This document shows, one piece after another, positions 18,987-29,567 of a stretch of 64,000 bases of DNA. The notes beneath the pieces were generated by a model. The model made no database searches, was not told the DNA's origin, and was given only the letters and a program-made list of their open reading frames with translations. Positions within the stretch are counted from its first letter, which is position 1. Every line of letters begins with the position of its first letter. Source of the stretch: an uncultured Lentisphaeraceae bacterium. GTDB taxonomy: Bacteria; Verrucomicrobiota; Kiritimatiellia; RFP12; UBA1067. The stretch is from positions 590-64,589 of the forward strand of contig CAYOQJ010000092.1 of NCBI GenBank assembly GCA_964406095.1, given 5' to 3'. The position numbers and the translations under genes are program-made.

Positions 18987-20003
18987 ATGAAACAATATAA
19001 AGTTGGTCTGGTCGGAATTGGCGCGGTCGGAACCGAAATAATAAAAATTTTAAGGGAACGTAAATTTCCGGCAGAAGAGATTCGGGTGCTGGCCACCCGT
19101 GAACGCGATGAAAAGATCGCTGGCGAAACTTTTCATGTCAAGGTGGCAGAACCGACTGCCTTTGATGGTTTGGACTTTGTGCTTTTTGCAGGTACAGAGG
19201 GTGCTAAGGGCGCATCTGCGCAGCTTGGTTGGGAGGCCGTTAAACGCGGCTGCGTGGTTATTGATAACGGAGACGACTTCAGAATGGATGAGCGTGTTCC
19301 GCTGGTTATACCTGAGATCAATGGCGACGCGCTTGAACAGCATCAGGGCTTTGTGGCAAATCCAAATTGCAGCACAATTATTACCCTGATGGGAGTAGCT
19401 CCTCTGCACAAAGTTGCCCGATTACGCCATATGACAGCGGTCACTTTCCAGTCGGTCAGTGGCAGCGGACGTGCGGCCATCGATGAGCTAGAGGCTCAGG
19501 TGCGCGATTATGCAGTCGGCAGGGAACCAACGGCATCGGCGTATCCCTATCCGATCGCATTCAATGTGCTGCCGCAAATCGGCAGTGCCAAGCCGGAAAT
19601 GCCGGGTTTCACCAGTGAAGAGGCGAAGATGACCTTTGAGTCACGTAAGATTCTGGGAACTCCGGAGTTGCAGATTGCCTGCACCTGTGCGCGTGTGCCC
19701 GTCTTTTATGCTCATTCAGTTGCGGTGCACGCATCATTCGATGAACCGCTCTCACCAGAGCAGGCACGCGAAATACTTGACGCTGCCGCAGGGGTGGAGG
19801 TGCGTGACGATCTATCTCAGGCTCAATATCCGATGCCGATTGACTTCGGCGGGCGCAATGAAGTTGGTGTCGGTCGTATCAGGATTGATCCCAGTGTCGA
19901 GAACGGACTGGCACTCTGGTGCTGTGGCGACAACATCCGCAAAGGCGCCGCCCAGAATGCGGTGCAGATTGCCGAAGAGATGACCAGGCGCGGGCTGGTT
20001 TGA
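18987..20003 (+). CDS. asd: Aspartate-semialdehyde dehydrogenase
   Basis: 338-aa ORF with VGLVGIGAVG, the active-site motif ANPNCSTI and QSVSGSG. Confidence 0.9.
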   Translation: MKQYKVGLVGIGAVGTEIIKILRERKFPAEEIRVLATRERDEKIAGETFHVKVAEPTAFDGLDFVLFAGTEGAKGASAQLGWEAVKRGCVVIDNGDDFRMDERVPLVIPEINGDALEQHQGFVANPNCSTIITLMGVAPLHKVARLRHMTAVTFQSVSGSGRAAIDELEAQVRDYAVGREPTASAYPYPIAFNVLPQIGSAKPEMPGFTSEEAKMTFESRKILGTPELQIACTCARVPVFYAHSVAVHASFDEPLSPEQAREILDAAAGVEVRDDLSQAQYPMPIDFGGRNEVGVGRIRIDPSVENGLALWCCGDNIRKGAAQNAVQIAEEMTRRGLV

Positions 20004-20061
20004 AAAGTTCCGCTTTTTCAAAGTTCTTTGTGGTTTCGATAAAATAATCAACTGATCAACC

Positions 20062-20081
20062 GCACTGCCAGCTGGCAGTGC
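20062..20081. terminator. Perfect palindrome between convergent asd and fabH
   Basis: GCACTGCC-AGCT-GGCAGTGC (8-bp stem, 4-nt loop), abutting the fabH stop codon. No flanking T or A tract, so terminator function is uncertain. Confidence 0.3.
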
Positions 20082-21071
20082 TCACGCCCATCGAATAGCC
20101 ATGGCACCCCAGGTCAGACCAGCCCCGAAGGCGTCGATAACCAGCAGATCGCCGCTTTTTACACGTCCCTCCTGAACTGCTTCACACAGCGCGATAGGTA
20201 TTGTGGCAGCGGAGGTATTGCCATACTTTTGAATGTTGATGTAAACCTTTTCAGCGGGTAACTTGAGCCTTTTAGCAACGGCATCAATAATCCGTATATT
20301 GGCCTGATGTGCTATCAGCAGATTCACATCTTCATTGGACAGTCTGGCCTTTTTCAGAACCGCCAGGGCAGCTTCGTTCATGCGGCGCACCGCATTCTTG
20401 AAAACCTCATTGCCGGTCATCTGAATGGCACGTAGCATCGGGGTGCCGTCAGGGTTTGTGTATTTGCGGCTCCCACTGTTTGGCATTACCAACAGTTCCT
20501 GGCAACTGCCGTCGCCGCCGAGTTCCATGGAAAGCACTCCTGTATCTGTTTCCTCAGTGGCGGTAAAGACAGCCGCGCCGGCTCCGTCACCGAATAGAAT
20601 GCAGGTGTCACGGTCGTGCCAGTCAATCATGGCGGTGTTAACCTCCGAGGCGATGACGAGAATATTCTTCATCAAACCTGATTTGATCATGCTCCAGGCT
20701 ATTCCGGCACCGTAAATAAAACCGGTGCAGGCCGCCGCCACATCAACCACGGCGGCGTTCACCGCGCCTAGATTGTTCTGAACAATGCAGGCTACACTGG
20801 GATAAGCGGTGTCGCCGGTGGTGGTGCCGACAATGATAAAATCAATCTCCTCGGGTGTAAGACCGGCCATCTCGATGGCATCTTTTGCCGCAGCTGTGGC
20901 GAAGGTCGAGTTGTATTCATTCTCTTCGGCTACTCTGCGTTCCTTGATCCCAACCCGTTTGGAAATCCACTCATCTGAAGTGTCAACCATCTTTTCAAGG
21001 TCAAAGTTCGTCAATCTCTTCTCAGGCACCGACATGCCTACACCGATAATCTTGGCTGATAAATTCTGCAT
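20082..21071 (-). CDS. fabH: 3-oxoacyl-ACP synthase III
   Basis: The track ORF extends to 21095. I prefer the ATG at 21071 (AAGGA upstream). Active-site context AACTGF, plus HQANIRI and GNTSAA motifs. Confidence 0.9.
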   Translation of the reverse strand: MQNLSAKIIGVGMSVPEKRLTNFDLEKMVDTSDEWISKRVGIKERRVAEENEYNSTFATAAAKDAIEMAGLTPEEIDFIIVGTTTGDTAYPSVACIVQNNLGAVNAAVVDVAAACTGFIYGAGIAWSMIKSGLMKNILVIASEVNTAMIDWHDRDTCILFGDGAGAAVFTATEETDTGVLSMELGGDGSCQELLVMPNSGSRKYTNPDGTPMLRAIQMTGNEVFKNAVRRMNEAALAVLKKARLSNEDVNLLIAHQANIRIIDAVAKRLKLPAEKVYINIQKYGNTSAATIPIALCEAVQEGRVKSGDLLVIDAFGAGLTWGAMAIRWA

Positions 21072-21537
21072 AATTGTTCCTTGAATCCGTAGCAACGATC
21101 CATAACCCGAGCTACGATCTTTTTGTTTTAACGAGCGCCATTATAATAAATCTGCCTTGTAACAACAACACCGCATTTGACCATCTGCCGTCACGATTAA
21201 GTGATGTGAGTTTGGCAGACGGCGCAGAAGCACGGGGAACGCCGGAATCTCATTGCTTTTTTTATAGGTTATTGAGTCAGCCTAAAAACGGCAACCCCTT
21301 GCGGTTTAAAATCCAGAAACTTCTTCACCCATTGGGTGAAGCTTATAAAATTAACAAATTCCTTATTAACAATCATTTGACTCAATTTCTGAATTTCAAA
21401 TGCCGTAAATAGGGTCAATGTGTTTTTGCAACGATTCGCAAATATGCCCTCGGCACCCTTGCGGTGTGAACCGTAATTTGCTATAAGTAAAACCGACGAG
21501 CGCATTTATTCGTTGTGAATGGTGCACTGAGGTAAAA

Positions 21538-22311
21538 TTGAATACAGGAAAAAAATTTAAAACGCTGATATTTTGTCTCTGTATCGGCTTTATCTGCCCA
21601 CCGGAGTTGATGGCATCGGAAGTTAAGCACAATTCTGCCGTAGATAGAAAACCGGACGCGCTGAATCTGTTGGCTGCATGTGCGCGAATGATACCACTTG
21701 AGCCGCTGGCTCTGAACGGTGAGCTGATTGTGCGTAAACAGCGTGGCATCGAGTTGGCGCGCCATCCCTTTAAACTTATGACCGATTGGGGTGCTTCGCC
21801 ACCGGCCGCCGAGTGCCTGCTGTTTGAAGAGGATGAACAAACCGTTGCTGAGCGGGCCATGCTGATCCGTTCGCCAAATGCCGACGCTGATATAAAGGTG
21901 TTCAAGGGTCTCGACAAGAAGTCGCCCATATCTGTTTCCATGGCCGGGCGTGTGCGGGGCAGTGATATGACGTGGATGGATCTTACCCTTGATTTTCTGT
22001 GGTGGAAGGATGTCCGTTTCGATAATGAACCGGAGGGCGATTGTCGCATTGGGCGCGCATGCCACATTCTGTTGGCCGCACCACCGCGGAGTATTCCCGG
22101 TTGTTCCGCGCTGCGTATTTGGGTTGACAAACAGTTGAAGTGCATCATGCAGACCGAACAGCTCAACCATCAGGGTGAATCCGTGCGCCGGATGTGGGTA
22201 CAACGAGTCAAAAAAATGGATGACCGCTGGATGATTCGCCACATGGAGATCGAATCGGTGGGAAGCGGTCATCGAACCAAGCTGTTGATTGATGATGTTG
22301 TTAGACCATGA
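21538..22311 (+). CDS. Secreted LolA-like (outer-membrane lipoprotein-sorting-like) protein
   Basis: 257-aa ORF with a TTG start and GAGG 5 nt upstream. It has a signal peptide (LIFCLCIGFICPPELMA). The GSDMTWMDLTLDFLWW segment resembles the GSDFSYEDL motif of LolA-like proteins. Its stop overlaps the next gene's start. Confidence 0.5.
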   Translation: MNTGKKFKTLIFCLCIGFICPPELMASEVKHNSAVDRKPDALNLLAACARMIPLEPLALNGELIVRKQRGIELARHPFKLMTDWGASPPAAECLLFEEDEQTVAERAMLIRSPNADADIKVFKGLDKKSPISVSMAGRVRGSDMTWMDLTLDFLWWKDVRFDNEPEGDCRIGRACHILLAAPPRSIPGCSALRIWVDKQLKCIMQTEQLNHQGESVRRMWVQRVKKMDDRWMIRHMEIESVGSGHRTKLLIDDVVRP

Positions 22312-23621
22312 GCTCGGTTCTTCCATTGATATATATTTCCGTATTTTCGGCGCTGATTGTGCTTTCAGCCTTTTTTTCAGGCAGCGAGACCGTTCTGTTT
22401 TCGCTCTCGCCTGTTCAGGTTCAGCGTATCTGTTATAATAACCCCGGAGTCAGTAACCGGCTTACCTATTTTCTTAATGCGCCGGATAAAACCCTGTCAA
22501 CATTGCTGATCGGCAATACCCTGACAAACTTCACGATCGCCTCATTGGGTTATTTGATTATTGACCACTACATCGGCTACTACAGCGAATTGTTGAACAT
22601 CATTGTAACAACTTTGGTTCTGCTGCTGTGCTGCGAGGTTGCCCCAAAACGTATCGGGTTGCATTACGCTGAACGGCTGACACCCTATATATGCAAATTT
22701 CTGGCTGTCTGGGTCTGGCTGTTGACCCCTTTTAGTAATATTATGTCCAGAGGAGCCTACCCCTTTAAAAAAATGCTGCGCAGAGAACGTGAGGCCCTCA
22801 ATGACGAAGAGCTACTCTCGTTTGTTGAAGCCGGTGAAGAACAGGGTGCCCTGGATGAAGAGGAGGCCTTGATGGTTGACGGCATCATGCGCTTCTCTGA
22901 TCTGCGCGCCGCCGACGTCATGACACCACGGGTTGATATGATCGGTATTGACCTCGATACACCGTTGACAACCCAGCTGGAGGTTGCCCGCCGTGCACGC
23001 TTTCGTAAAATGCCGGTTTATACCAGAAACCCGGATAATATCCAAGGTTTTGTCAGTGTAACCAGGTTTTTGCTGGATCCCGATCCTGATATCCATAAGC
23101 TTATGACACCTCCGTTTTTTGTGCCGGAAAGCGCGCCTCTGGATAACATCCTGGTTTCATTGCAACAGGCCAATCGCCGCATAGCCTGTGTGGTAGATGA
23201 GTACGGCGGTACCGCTGGCATTATCACCCGTAGCGATATTCTTGAGATAATCAGCAAACCGGTGCCCTCAGCCAACGAAACAGAGCACCCCGAGTTGCGC
23301 AGACTGGGTGATGAGCTCTGGTTGATAGAGGGCAGTGTCAGCTTGGACGAAATCAACTATAAACTTGAGCTTGAACTGGAAGCAGAGGGGGCCGATCGTA
23401 TCTCCGGCTGGGTGCTTTTGCATGCCGGACGACTGCTTCAGGCCGGCGAAACAGTTGAAGCGCAGGGCTGTCGTGCTCTGGTACGTCGGATCCGCAACAA
23501 CCGCATCGAGTTGGTACAGCTTGAAATCGTTAAACGTCCTGAGGTGGATGATCTCGAAGACTTGCTGGATGCAGCGGATGAAGAGATCGAATCAGATGAA
23601 AATGACCAGGGAGCGGGTTGA
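22308..23621 (+). CDS. CNNM/HlyC-CorC family transporter (DUF21 + CBS pair + CorC_HlyC)
   Basis: 437-aa ORF with an N-terminal 4-TM DUF21 region (FFSGSETVLFSL), a CBS pair and a C-terminal CorC/HlyC-type domain, followed by an acidic tail. Confidence 0.85.
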   Translation: MSSVLPLIYISVFSALIVLSAFFSGSETVLFSLSPVQVQRICYNNPGVSNRLTYFLNAPDKTLSTLLIGNTLTNFTIASLGYLIIDHYIGYYSELLNIIVTTLVLLLCCEVAPKRIGLHYAERLTPYICKFLAVWVWLLTPFSNIMSRGAYPFKKMLRREREALNDEELLSFVEAGEEQGALDEEEALMVDGIMRFSDLRAADVMTPRVDMIGIDLDTPLTTQLEVARRARFRKMPVYTRNPDNIQGFVSVTRFLLDPDPDIHKLMTPPFFVPESAPLDNILVSLQQANRRIACVVDEYGGTAGIITRSDILEIISKPVPSANETEHPELRRLGDELWLIEGSVSLDEINYKLELELEAEGADRISGWVLLHAGRLLQAGETVEAQGCRALVRRIRNNRIELVQLEIVKRPEVDDLEDLLDAADEEIESDENDQGAG

Positions 23622-24607
23622 TGAATGTTCAGCTCCATATAATCGGAATTCTGCTGGGTTTTATCGGATCGGCTTTTTTCTCGGGACTTGAAATTGGTGT
23701 TTTTTCGGTGCGGCGGGCCCGTTTGCTGCACTATGTGCGTGACGGTCTGCGCGCCGCTCTTCAGCTCGAACATTATCTGCGCAACTCGCAACGATTTTTA
23801 GGATCTATTTTGGTCGGCAATAACCTCTGTAATGTATTGCTTTCCACGCTCTCGGCTGCATTGGCTAAAACCTTTTTCGCCCAAAACAGTTTTTTGCAGA
23901 GTTTCTGGGCACTGTTGATGGCGACCATGGTGTTGATCTTCTGCGAGTTTCTGCCGAAAATGGTCTTTGAATCGCGTCCTTTACGCCGGACTTTGCCGCT
24001 GGTATCGATTTTCAGTTTAATCGATAAAGTGCTGAGCCCGGTGACCGATATGGTGCTTTTCTGTACCCAGTGGGTTATCCCGAAATCAAGCCGAAAAAGT
24101 GAATCGCGGTTTGTGATCACCCGTGAATTTCTGCATGATGTCGTGACCGACAGAGAACGCGGGGCCCAGATCACCGCGATCGAACGCCTGATGATTAAAC
24201 GCGTGCTGGCATTGCAGTCACTCACTGCTCTCCAAATTATGACCCCGCTTTCCAAAGTGAGCAGAGTTTCGGAAAAGACCTCTCTGCAGCAGTGTTACGA
24301 AGTTGTGCGCCACTCCGGCCATGTCCGCCTTCCCGTTTTCAGCGAAGACGGCTCAAGATGTGTCGGAGTTCTGCATGCGCTGGATGTGCTCTCGTTTATG
24401 CCCGATCCGATGGCAACTCCGGCTTCAGCATATGTGCAACCACCCTGTTATGTGCCGTGCAATATGCGTGCGGATGACTTGCTTCCGCTGATGCGTCGTA
24501 ACCGTCAGCCAATGGTGTTTGTGCGCAACCGACAGGGCCGCGTAGCCGGTATTGTGACCGAAGCCGATATCCTGAACCGACTGACCGTAAACCTGGTGGT
24601 CGGCTGA
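23618..24607 (+). CDS. CNNM-type DUF21 + CBS-pair membrane protein lacking the CorC_HlyC domain
   Basis: 329-aa ORF. Its start overlaps the upstream stop (ATGA). FFSGLEIGVFSV is the DUF21 motif. The protein ends straight after the CBS pair. Confidence 0.8.
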   Translation: MMNVQLHIIGILLGFIGSAFFSGLEIGVFSVRRARLLHYVRDGLRAALQLEHYLRNSQRFLGSILVGNNLCNVLLSTLSAALAKTFFAQNSFLQSFWALLMATMVLIFCEFLPKMVFESRPLRRTLPLVSIFSLIDKVLSPVTDMVLFCTQWVIPKSSRKSESRFVITREFLHDVVTDRERGAQITAIERLMIKRVLALQSLTALQIMTPLSKVSRVSEKTSLQQCYEVVRHSGHVRLPVFSEDGSRCVGVLHALDVLSFMPDPMATPASAYVQPPCYVPCNMRADDLLPLMRRNRQPMVFVRNRQGRVAGIVTEADILNRLTVNLVVG

Positions 24608-24724
24608 GGCGAACCTTATTTTTAGGTTTGTTTAGGAGCACTGATATGGTAAATTACAGAAGTCCTGTAAATCAGTATTGTCTGAACGACAGATTATTTT
24701 TAATTGTCATACTTAGGAGTAGAG

Positions 24725-26116
24725 ATGAACAAGGGGATTCTTATTTTAACGGCAGCTGTGACCTCAATTTTCTGCGGATGCGATGAGACCGCAGGGGGTA
24801 ACTCATCCTGTTCCTCCAGTTGCGAAGGAGATGCTTACGTGAAACTGGTAACAATTAATCCCGGTCACTTCCACGCTGCTTTGGTGCAAAAAAAAATGTA
24901 TCCTGAAGTGGATGAAACCGTTCATGTATATGCTCCGGGCGGCAATGATATCGAAATGCATATGTCGCTGGTCAACAGCTTTAACGAACGGGCTGATTCT
25001 CCAACCTCCTGGCGTAATGTGGTTTATATTGGCAAAGATTTCCTTGAGAAAGCGGTCGCTGAGAAAAAAGGCAATGTGGTGGTGCTGGCTGGCAATAACG
25101 CAGCTAAAATTGATTATATCCTGAAATGCGTGGAAAACGGCTATAATGTACTCGCCGATAAGCCGATGGTGATAAATCCGGAGGGATACGAGAAACTCAA
25201 GAAGGCATTCAGAATTGCCGAAAAGAACGGCGTGCTACTGTATGATATTATGACCGAACGCTATGAGATTTGCACGGTTCTGCAACGCGAACTTTCGCGG
25301 ATTCCGGCTGTTTACGGGGAACAGGATAAAGGCACACCGGAAAACCCTTCTGTAACTAAAGAGAGCGTGCATCACTTCTGTAAACTGGTGGCCGGTAAAC
25401 CGCTGCGTCGCCCGCCATGGTTCTATAACGCCTCCGTACAGGGCGATGCAATCGTGGATGTCAACACCCATCTGGTCGATATGATTCAGTGGGAGCTCTT
25501 TCCCGAAGTCACCCTCTGCCCCTCGGATATTCAGATTGTACAGGCCAGGACGTGGGATACTCCCATGACAATAACCCAGTTCGAAGAGTCCACCGGGCTT
25601 AAGGAATTTCCGGATACACTCATTCAGTTTGTCAAAGACGGGAAATTGATGACCAAAGCCAATGGAGCCTTTACCTATCGCGTGAAAGGAGTCTATGCCA
25701 AGGCTTCCGTTCTGTGGAATGTCAAAGCTCCCGAAGGGGCCGCAGATACACACTACTCATTGATGCGCGGAACAAAAAGTTCACTGATTATCCGTCAGGG
25801 GGCCGAGCAGAATTATAAGACCGCCCTCTATGTCGAGCCGCGTGAAAACGCCGATGTCGCCGCTATCGGGCAGGCACTGACGGCCGCACTTACCGGTCTG
25901 CAACATAAATATCCCGGTATATCGCCAAAAAAAACCGAAAAAGGCTGGCAAGTTGCTATACCTCCGGCGCTGAAGGTCGGCCACGAGGCCCATTTTGGTC
26001 AAGTCACCGAGAAATATCTTGGTTTCCTGAAAGAAGGCCGGATGCCTGAATGGGAGGTTCCGAATATGCTGGTTAAATACCATACCCTGATGGAAGCCTA
26101 TAAGATGAGCCGCTAG
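24725..26116 (+). CDS. Putative lipoprotein oxidoreductase (Gfo/Idh/MocA-like N-terminal domain plus oxidoreductase C-terminal domain)
   Basis: The track ORF starts at 24704. I prefer the ATG at 24725 (AGGAG upstream). It has a lipobox-like signal (LTAAVTSIFCGC), and INPGHFHAALV and LADKPMV motifs occur in this oxidoreductase family. Confidence 0.6.
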   Translation: MNKGILILTAAVTSIFCGCDETAGGNSSCSSSCEGDAYVKLVTINPGHFHAALVQKKMYPEVDETVHVYAPGGNDIEMHMSLVNSFNERADSPTSWRNVVYIGKDFLEKAVAEKKGNVVVLAGNNAAKIDYILKCVENGYNVLADKPMVINPEGYEKLKKAFRIAEKNGVLLYDIMTERYEICTVLQRELSRIPAVYGEQDKGTPENPSVTKESVHHFCKLVAGKPLRRPPWFYNASVQGDAIVDVNTHLVDMIQWELFPEVTLCPSDIQIVQARTWDTPMTITQFEESTGLKEFPDTLIQFVKDGKLMTKANGAFTYRVKGVYAKASVLWNVKAPEGAADTHYSLMRGTKSSLIIRQGAEQNYKTALYVEPRENADVAAIGQALTAALTGLQHKYPGISPKKTEKGWQVAIPPALKVGHEAHFGQVTEKYLGFLKEGRMPEWEVPNMLVKYHTLMEAYKMSR

Positions 26117-26334
26117 CACTCTGCCGGACTTTCAAAAAAGTTCATCAGATTGCCAGAAACAGAGGCAAGACCGCTGAAGAGTAAAAAATACAAAATTTTC
26201 TTAGCAAATCTAAACACACATATCAATCCTCCGATATGCCTGCCCTTCGAACTCCCCTCTGAAATTGCTGGCTGAAATCGCTGCAATATGATACGGTTGC
26301 CTCTGTTTTAAAGCGTTGAACAATTGGAGAGACG

Positions 26335-28902
26335 ATGAGTGACGAAATCCCGAGGGAGCAGGTGGTGGAAAGCGGTTTGAGTTATATCAATATCGAGGAT
26401 GAAATGAGCTCATCCTATATTGATTATTCGATGAGCGTGATTATCGGGCGGGCACTTCCGGATGCCCGCGACGGTCTTAAACCAGTGCATCGACGCGTGC
26501 TCTATGCTATGAACGAGTTGAGCAATGTCTGGAATAAACCCTATAAAAAATCGGCCCGTGTTGTTGGTGACGTTATCGGTAAGTATCACCCGCACGGCGA
26601 TCAGGCAGTGTATGATACAATTGTTCGGCTGGCCCAGGATTTTTCAATGCGCTATCCCCTGGTTGACGGGCAGGGCAATTTCGGTTCGATTGATGGCGAT
26701 CCACCCGCCGCAATGCGTTATACCGAAGTCCGCATGGATCGCCTGACAGAAGATTTGCTTGATGATCTAGATAAAAATACCGTCGATTTTCGTCCCAACT
26801 ACAATGAGGAGTTTCTTGAACCGACGGTCCTGCCGGCCCGGCTGCCCAATCTGCTGTTGAATGGCTCCACCGGTATCGCTGTCGGTATGGCAACCAATAT
26901 ACCTCCGCACAATTTGGGAGAGCTGTGCGAGGGAATTATCCACTACATCGATAACAAAGATTGCTCGATCGATGACCTGATGCAGTTTGTCAAAGGGCCC
27001 GATTTCCCGACCGGCGCGAAGATATATGGAACGCGCGGTATCGAGGCGATGTATAAATTGGGACGTGGTTCAATTGTAATCCGTGGCTGTGCTGAAGTTG
27101 TTGAGTACAAGAAAAAAGAGGCCATCATCATAACCGAGATTCCCTATATGGTGAACAAGGCCTCGATGATTGAGAAAATGGCCGATTTGGTCAACAATAA
27201 GGTCATCGAAGGCATTACCGATATCAGGGATGAAAGTTCCAGTGCCGGCATCCGGATTGTCGTCGAACTCAAACGCGGCACCATGGGGCAGGTGGTGCTT
27301 AACAATCTGTACAAGCATACACAGCTGCAAACTACCTTCGGTGCCAATATGCTGGCGATTGATCAGGGACGCCCTAAACGTCTTACCCTAAAAGAGTTTT
27401 TCCGCTGTTACGTTGATCATCGTTTTGAGGTGATCACCCGTCGCACACGCTTTGATCTTGATAAGGCTCTTGCGCGTCGACACGTTCTGGACGGCCTGCT
27501 CATAGCACTTGATAACCTCGATGATGTCGTCAGGATCATTCGCGCATCTAAGGAACGCGAAGAGGCTAAAAACAGCTTGATGGAACGCTTCGGTTTCTCG
27601 GAGATTCAGGTCAATGCTATCCTCGAGATGCGCCTTTATCAGTTGACCGGACTCGAAAGAGAAAAGATCGAAAATGAATATAAACAACTGGTGGAACGCA
27701 TCGAATATCTTGAAGGATTGCTTGCCAGTTCAGTTAAAATTTATGAGCTGATTAAAACAGATCTGTTTACGATGAAAGAACGTTTCACCGGCGGCAAAAA
27801 AGCTGATGAACGACGCTCCGATATTATTCCGGTTGAGGGGGAGGTCAATATCGAGGATTTGATCGCTGATGAACCGTGCGTGGTCACGCTCAGTCAGCGC
27901 GGCTATATCAAGCGTGTGCCGCTTTCGATCTACCGCGAACAGAGACGCGGCGGCAAGGGTATCACCGGGGCATCAATCAAAGATGAAGATTTCCTGACCA
28001 CGGTTTTTGTGGCGGAAACACATGACACACTGCTCTTTTTCACGAACTATGGAAGAGTTTTCGCAGCACGTGCCTTTGAAATTCCCGAAGCTCCACGTAC
28101 CTCCTTCGGCAAGCCGATCGTTAATATTCTGCAGTGCCAGGAGGGCGAAAAGGTTACCCAACTCCTGCCGACCCGCGCCTTTGAGGATAATGTGGATGTA
28201 ATGTTCGCAACCGAAAGAGGAACCGTTAAAAAAACAGCCTTGGCTGCCTATAAAAATATCAACCGCAACGGAATTCGTGCCATAAACATCACCGATGATG
28301 ATCGATTGGTTATGGTGCGCTTGACCCGCAATGGCGATGACATCCTTATGATCACAGCCAAAGGTAAGGCGATGCGCTTCAACGAGGCCGATGTGCGAAG
28401 AATGGGACGCACTGCCACCGGTGTACGTGGCATCAGACTGGTCGGCGATGATGTCGTCCGCAGTCTGGATGTGGTGGATAATGACGCGACCCTGGTGATC
28501 GCCACTGAAAATGGCTACGGTAAACGTACCGAATTTTCCGGATTCACCCGACACCGCCGCGGCGGCCAAGGGATGATCGCCATCAAAGATGATGGACGTA
28601 ACGGCTATGTTGTGGCCGCTCACGCAGTCAAGGACGGTCAGTCACTCATGATGATTACCTCCGCCGGTTTGATCGTACGTTCGCCAGTCGATCAGATTGG
28701 CATCGTCGGACGCTCTGCTAAAGGTGTTCGCCTGATCCGTATGGATGGTGACGCGAAACTGGTTTCCGCCTCGATCGCTGAGGGCGAAGAGTCAGATGAA
28801 GTCACTCCTGCTTCCGATACCGACAATCCAGATTCACCACCGCCCGCCAATTCTGGTGCCACAGTGCCCGATAGTGAAGCCGAAAACAAAAATCAATCGT
28901 AG
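26335..28902 (+). CDS. gyrA: DNA gyrase subunit A
   Basis: 855-aa ORF with [16 protein letters not shown], the active-site region AAMRYTE and a QRRGGKG GyrA box, then C-terminal beta-pinwheel repeats and an acidic tail. Confidence 0.97.
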   Translation: MSDEIPREQVVESGLSYINIEDEMSSSYIDYSMSVIIGRALPDARDGLKPVHRRVLYAMNELSNVWNKPYKKSARVVGDVIGKYHPHGDQAVYDTIVRLAQDFSMRYPLVDGQGNFGSIDGDPPAAMRYTEVRMDRLTEDLLDDLDKNTVDFRPNYNEEFLEPTVLPARLPNLLLNGSTGIAVGMATNIPPHNLGELCEGIIHYIDNKDCSIDDLMQFVKGPDFPTGAKIYGTRGIEAMYKLGRGSIVIRGCAEVVEYKKKEAIIITEIPYMVNKASMIEKMADLVNNKVIEGITDIRDESSSAGIRIVVELKRGTMGQVVLNNLYKHTQLQTTFGANMLAIDQGRPKRLTLKEFFRCYVDHRFEVITRRTRFDLDKALARRHVLDGLLIALDNLDDVVRIIRASKEREEAKNSLMERFGFSEIQVNAILEMRLYQLTGLEREKIENEYKQLVERIEYLEGLLASSVKIYELIKTDLFTMKERFTGGKKADERRSDIIPVEGEVNIEDLIADEPCVVTLSQRGYIKRVPLSIYREQRRGGKGITGASIKDEDFLTTVFVAETHDTLLFFTNYGRVFAARAFEIPEAPRTSFGKPIVNILQCQEGEKVTQLLPTRAFEDNVDVMFATERGTVKKTALAAYKNINRNGIRAINITDDDRLVMVRLTRNGDDILMITAKGKAMRFNEADVRRMGRTATGVRGIRLVGDDVVRSLDVVDNDATLVIATENGYGKRTEFSGFTRHRRGGQGMIAIKDDGRNGYVVAAHAVKDGQSLMMITSAGLIVRSPVDQIGIVGRSAKGVRLIRMDGDAKLVSASIAEGEESDEVTPASDTDNPDSPPPANSGATVPDSEAENKNQS

Positions 28903-28949
28903 CGCAAACCGGCGAACTAAAAGCATCGCGGCTTAATTATTGTGATCCA

Positions 28950-29567
28950 ATGAAGACTCATTTAGTAGTTGACAGCCTTGTTTACGGCGGTTTCGGTCCC
29001 GTCTCATTTGAGCTCCACGGCGGTGAGGCCATCGGCATCTTCGGTGAGTCAGGGTGCGGAAAAACGCGACTGCTACGCGCCATAGCTGACCTGGATCCGC
29101 ATGATGGCTCTGTGTCCCTTGATAACGTGGAGGCCACTTCGACCTCTGCTCCTCAGTGGCGACGTAAAGTCGCCTACCTTCCGGCTGAAAGTCGGTGGTG
29201 GTTTGATAGTGTCAGAGCGCACTTTAAGTCTCCGCCGCAAGCGCAAGAGTTGCACTCCGTAGGCCTGCCTGCTTCTATTCTGAATGCCGAGGTCAGCCAT
29301 CTCTCAAGCGGCGAGAAACAAAGATTGTCGCTGCTGCGAGCGATGGAGAATCACCCCTCCGTCCTGCTGCTCGATGAAATTACCGCTCATCTGGATGCGG
29401 AGCGTACAGAATTTATTGAAAACAAAGTGAATACTCTAATGCGTGATCACAACGTTGCCATACTCTGGGTTTCGCATAATCTGAAGCAGCTTCGCAAAAG
29501 TTGCTCTGAAATTATGTATATGAGCACCGGCGGTGTGTTTTTCAGGAAAGAGCAGGTGCCACAGTGA
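28950..29567 (+). CDS. fetA: ABC transporter ATP-binding protein, FetA/YbbL-like
   Basis: 205-aa ORF with Walker A GESGCGKT, signature LSSGEKQR and Walker B LLLDEIT. It overlaps the FetB-like permease gene. Confidence 0.7.
   Translation: MKTHLVVDSLVYGGFGPVSFELHGGEAIGIFGESGCGKTRLLRAIADLDPHDGSVSLDNVEATSTSAPQWRRKVAYLPAESRWWFDSVRAHFKSPPQAQELHSVGLPASILNAEVSHLSSGEKQRLSLLRAMENHPSVLLLDEITAHLDAERTEFIENKVNTLMRDHNVAILWVSHNLKQLRKSCSEIMYMSTGGVFFRKEQVPQ

Noticed and set aside
21396-22326. Two long antisense ORFs (256 and 281 aa) opposite the LolA-like gene
   Set aside because: The plus-strand ORF has a ribosome-binding site, a signal peptide, a family-like motif and ATGA coupling to the next gene. The antisense products are Arg/Ser/His/Cys-rich with no motifs or RBS. 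I treat them as shadow ORFs, although having two open antisense frames at once is unusual.
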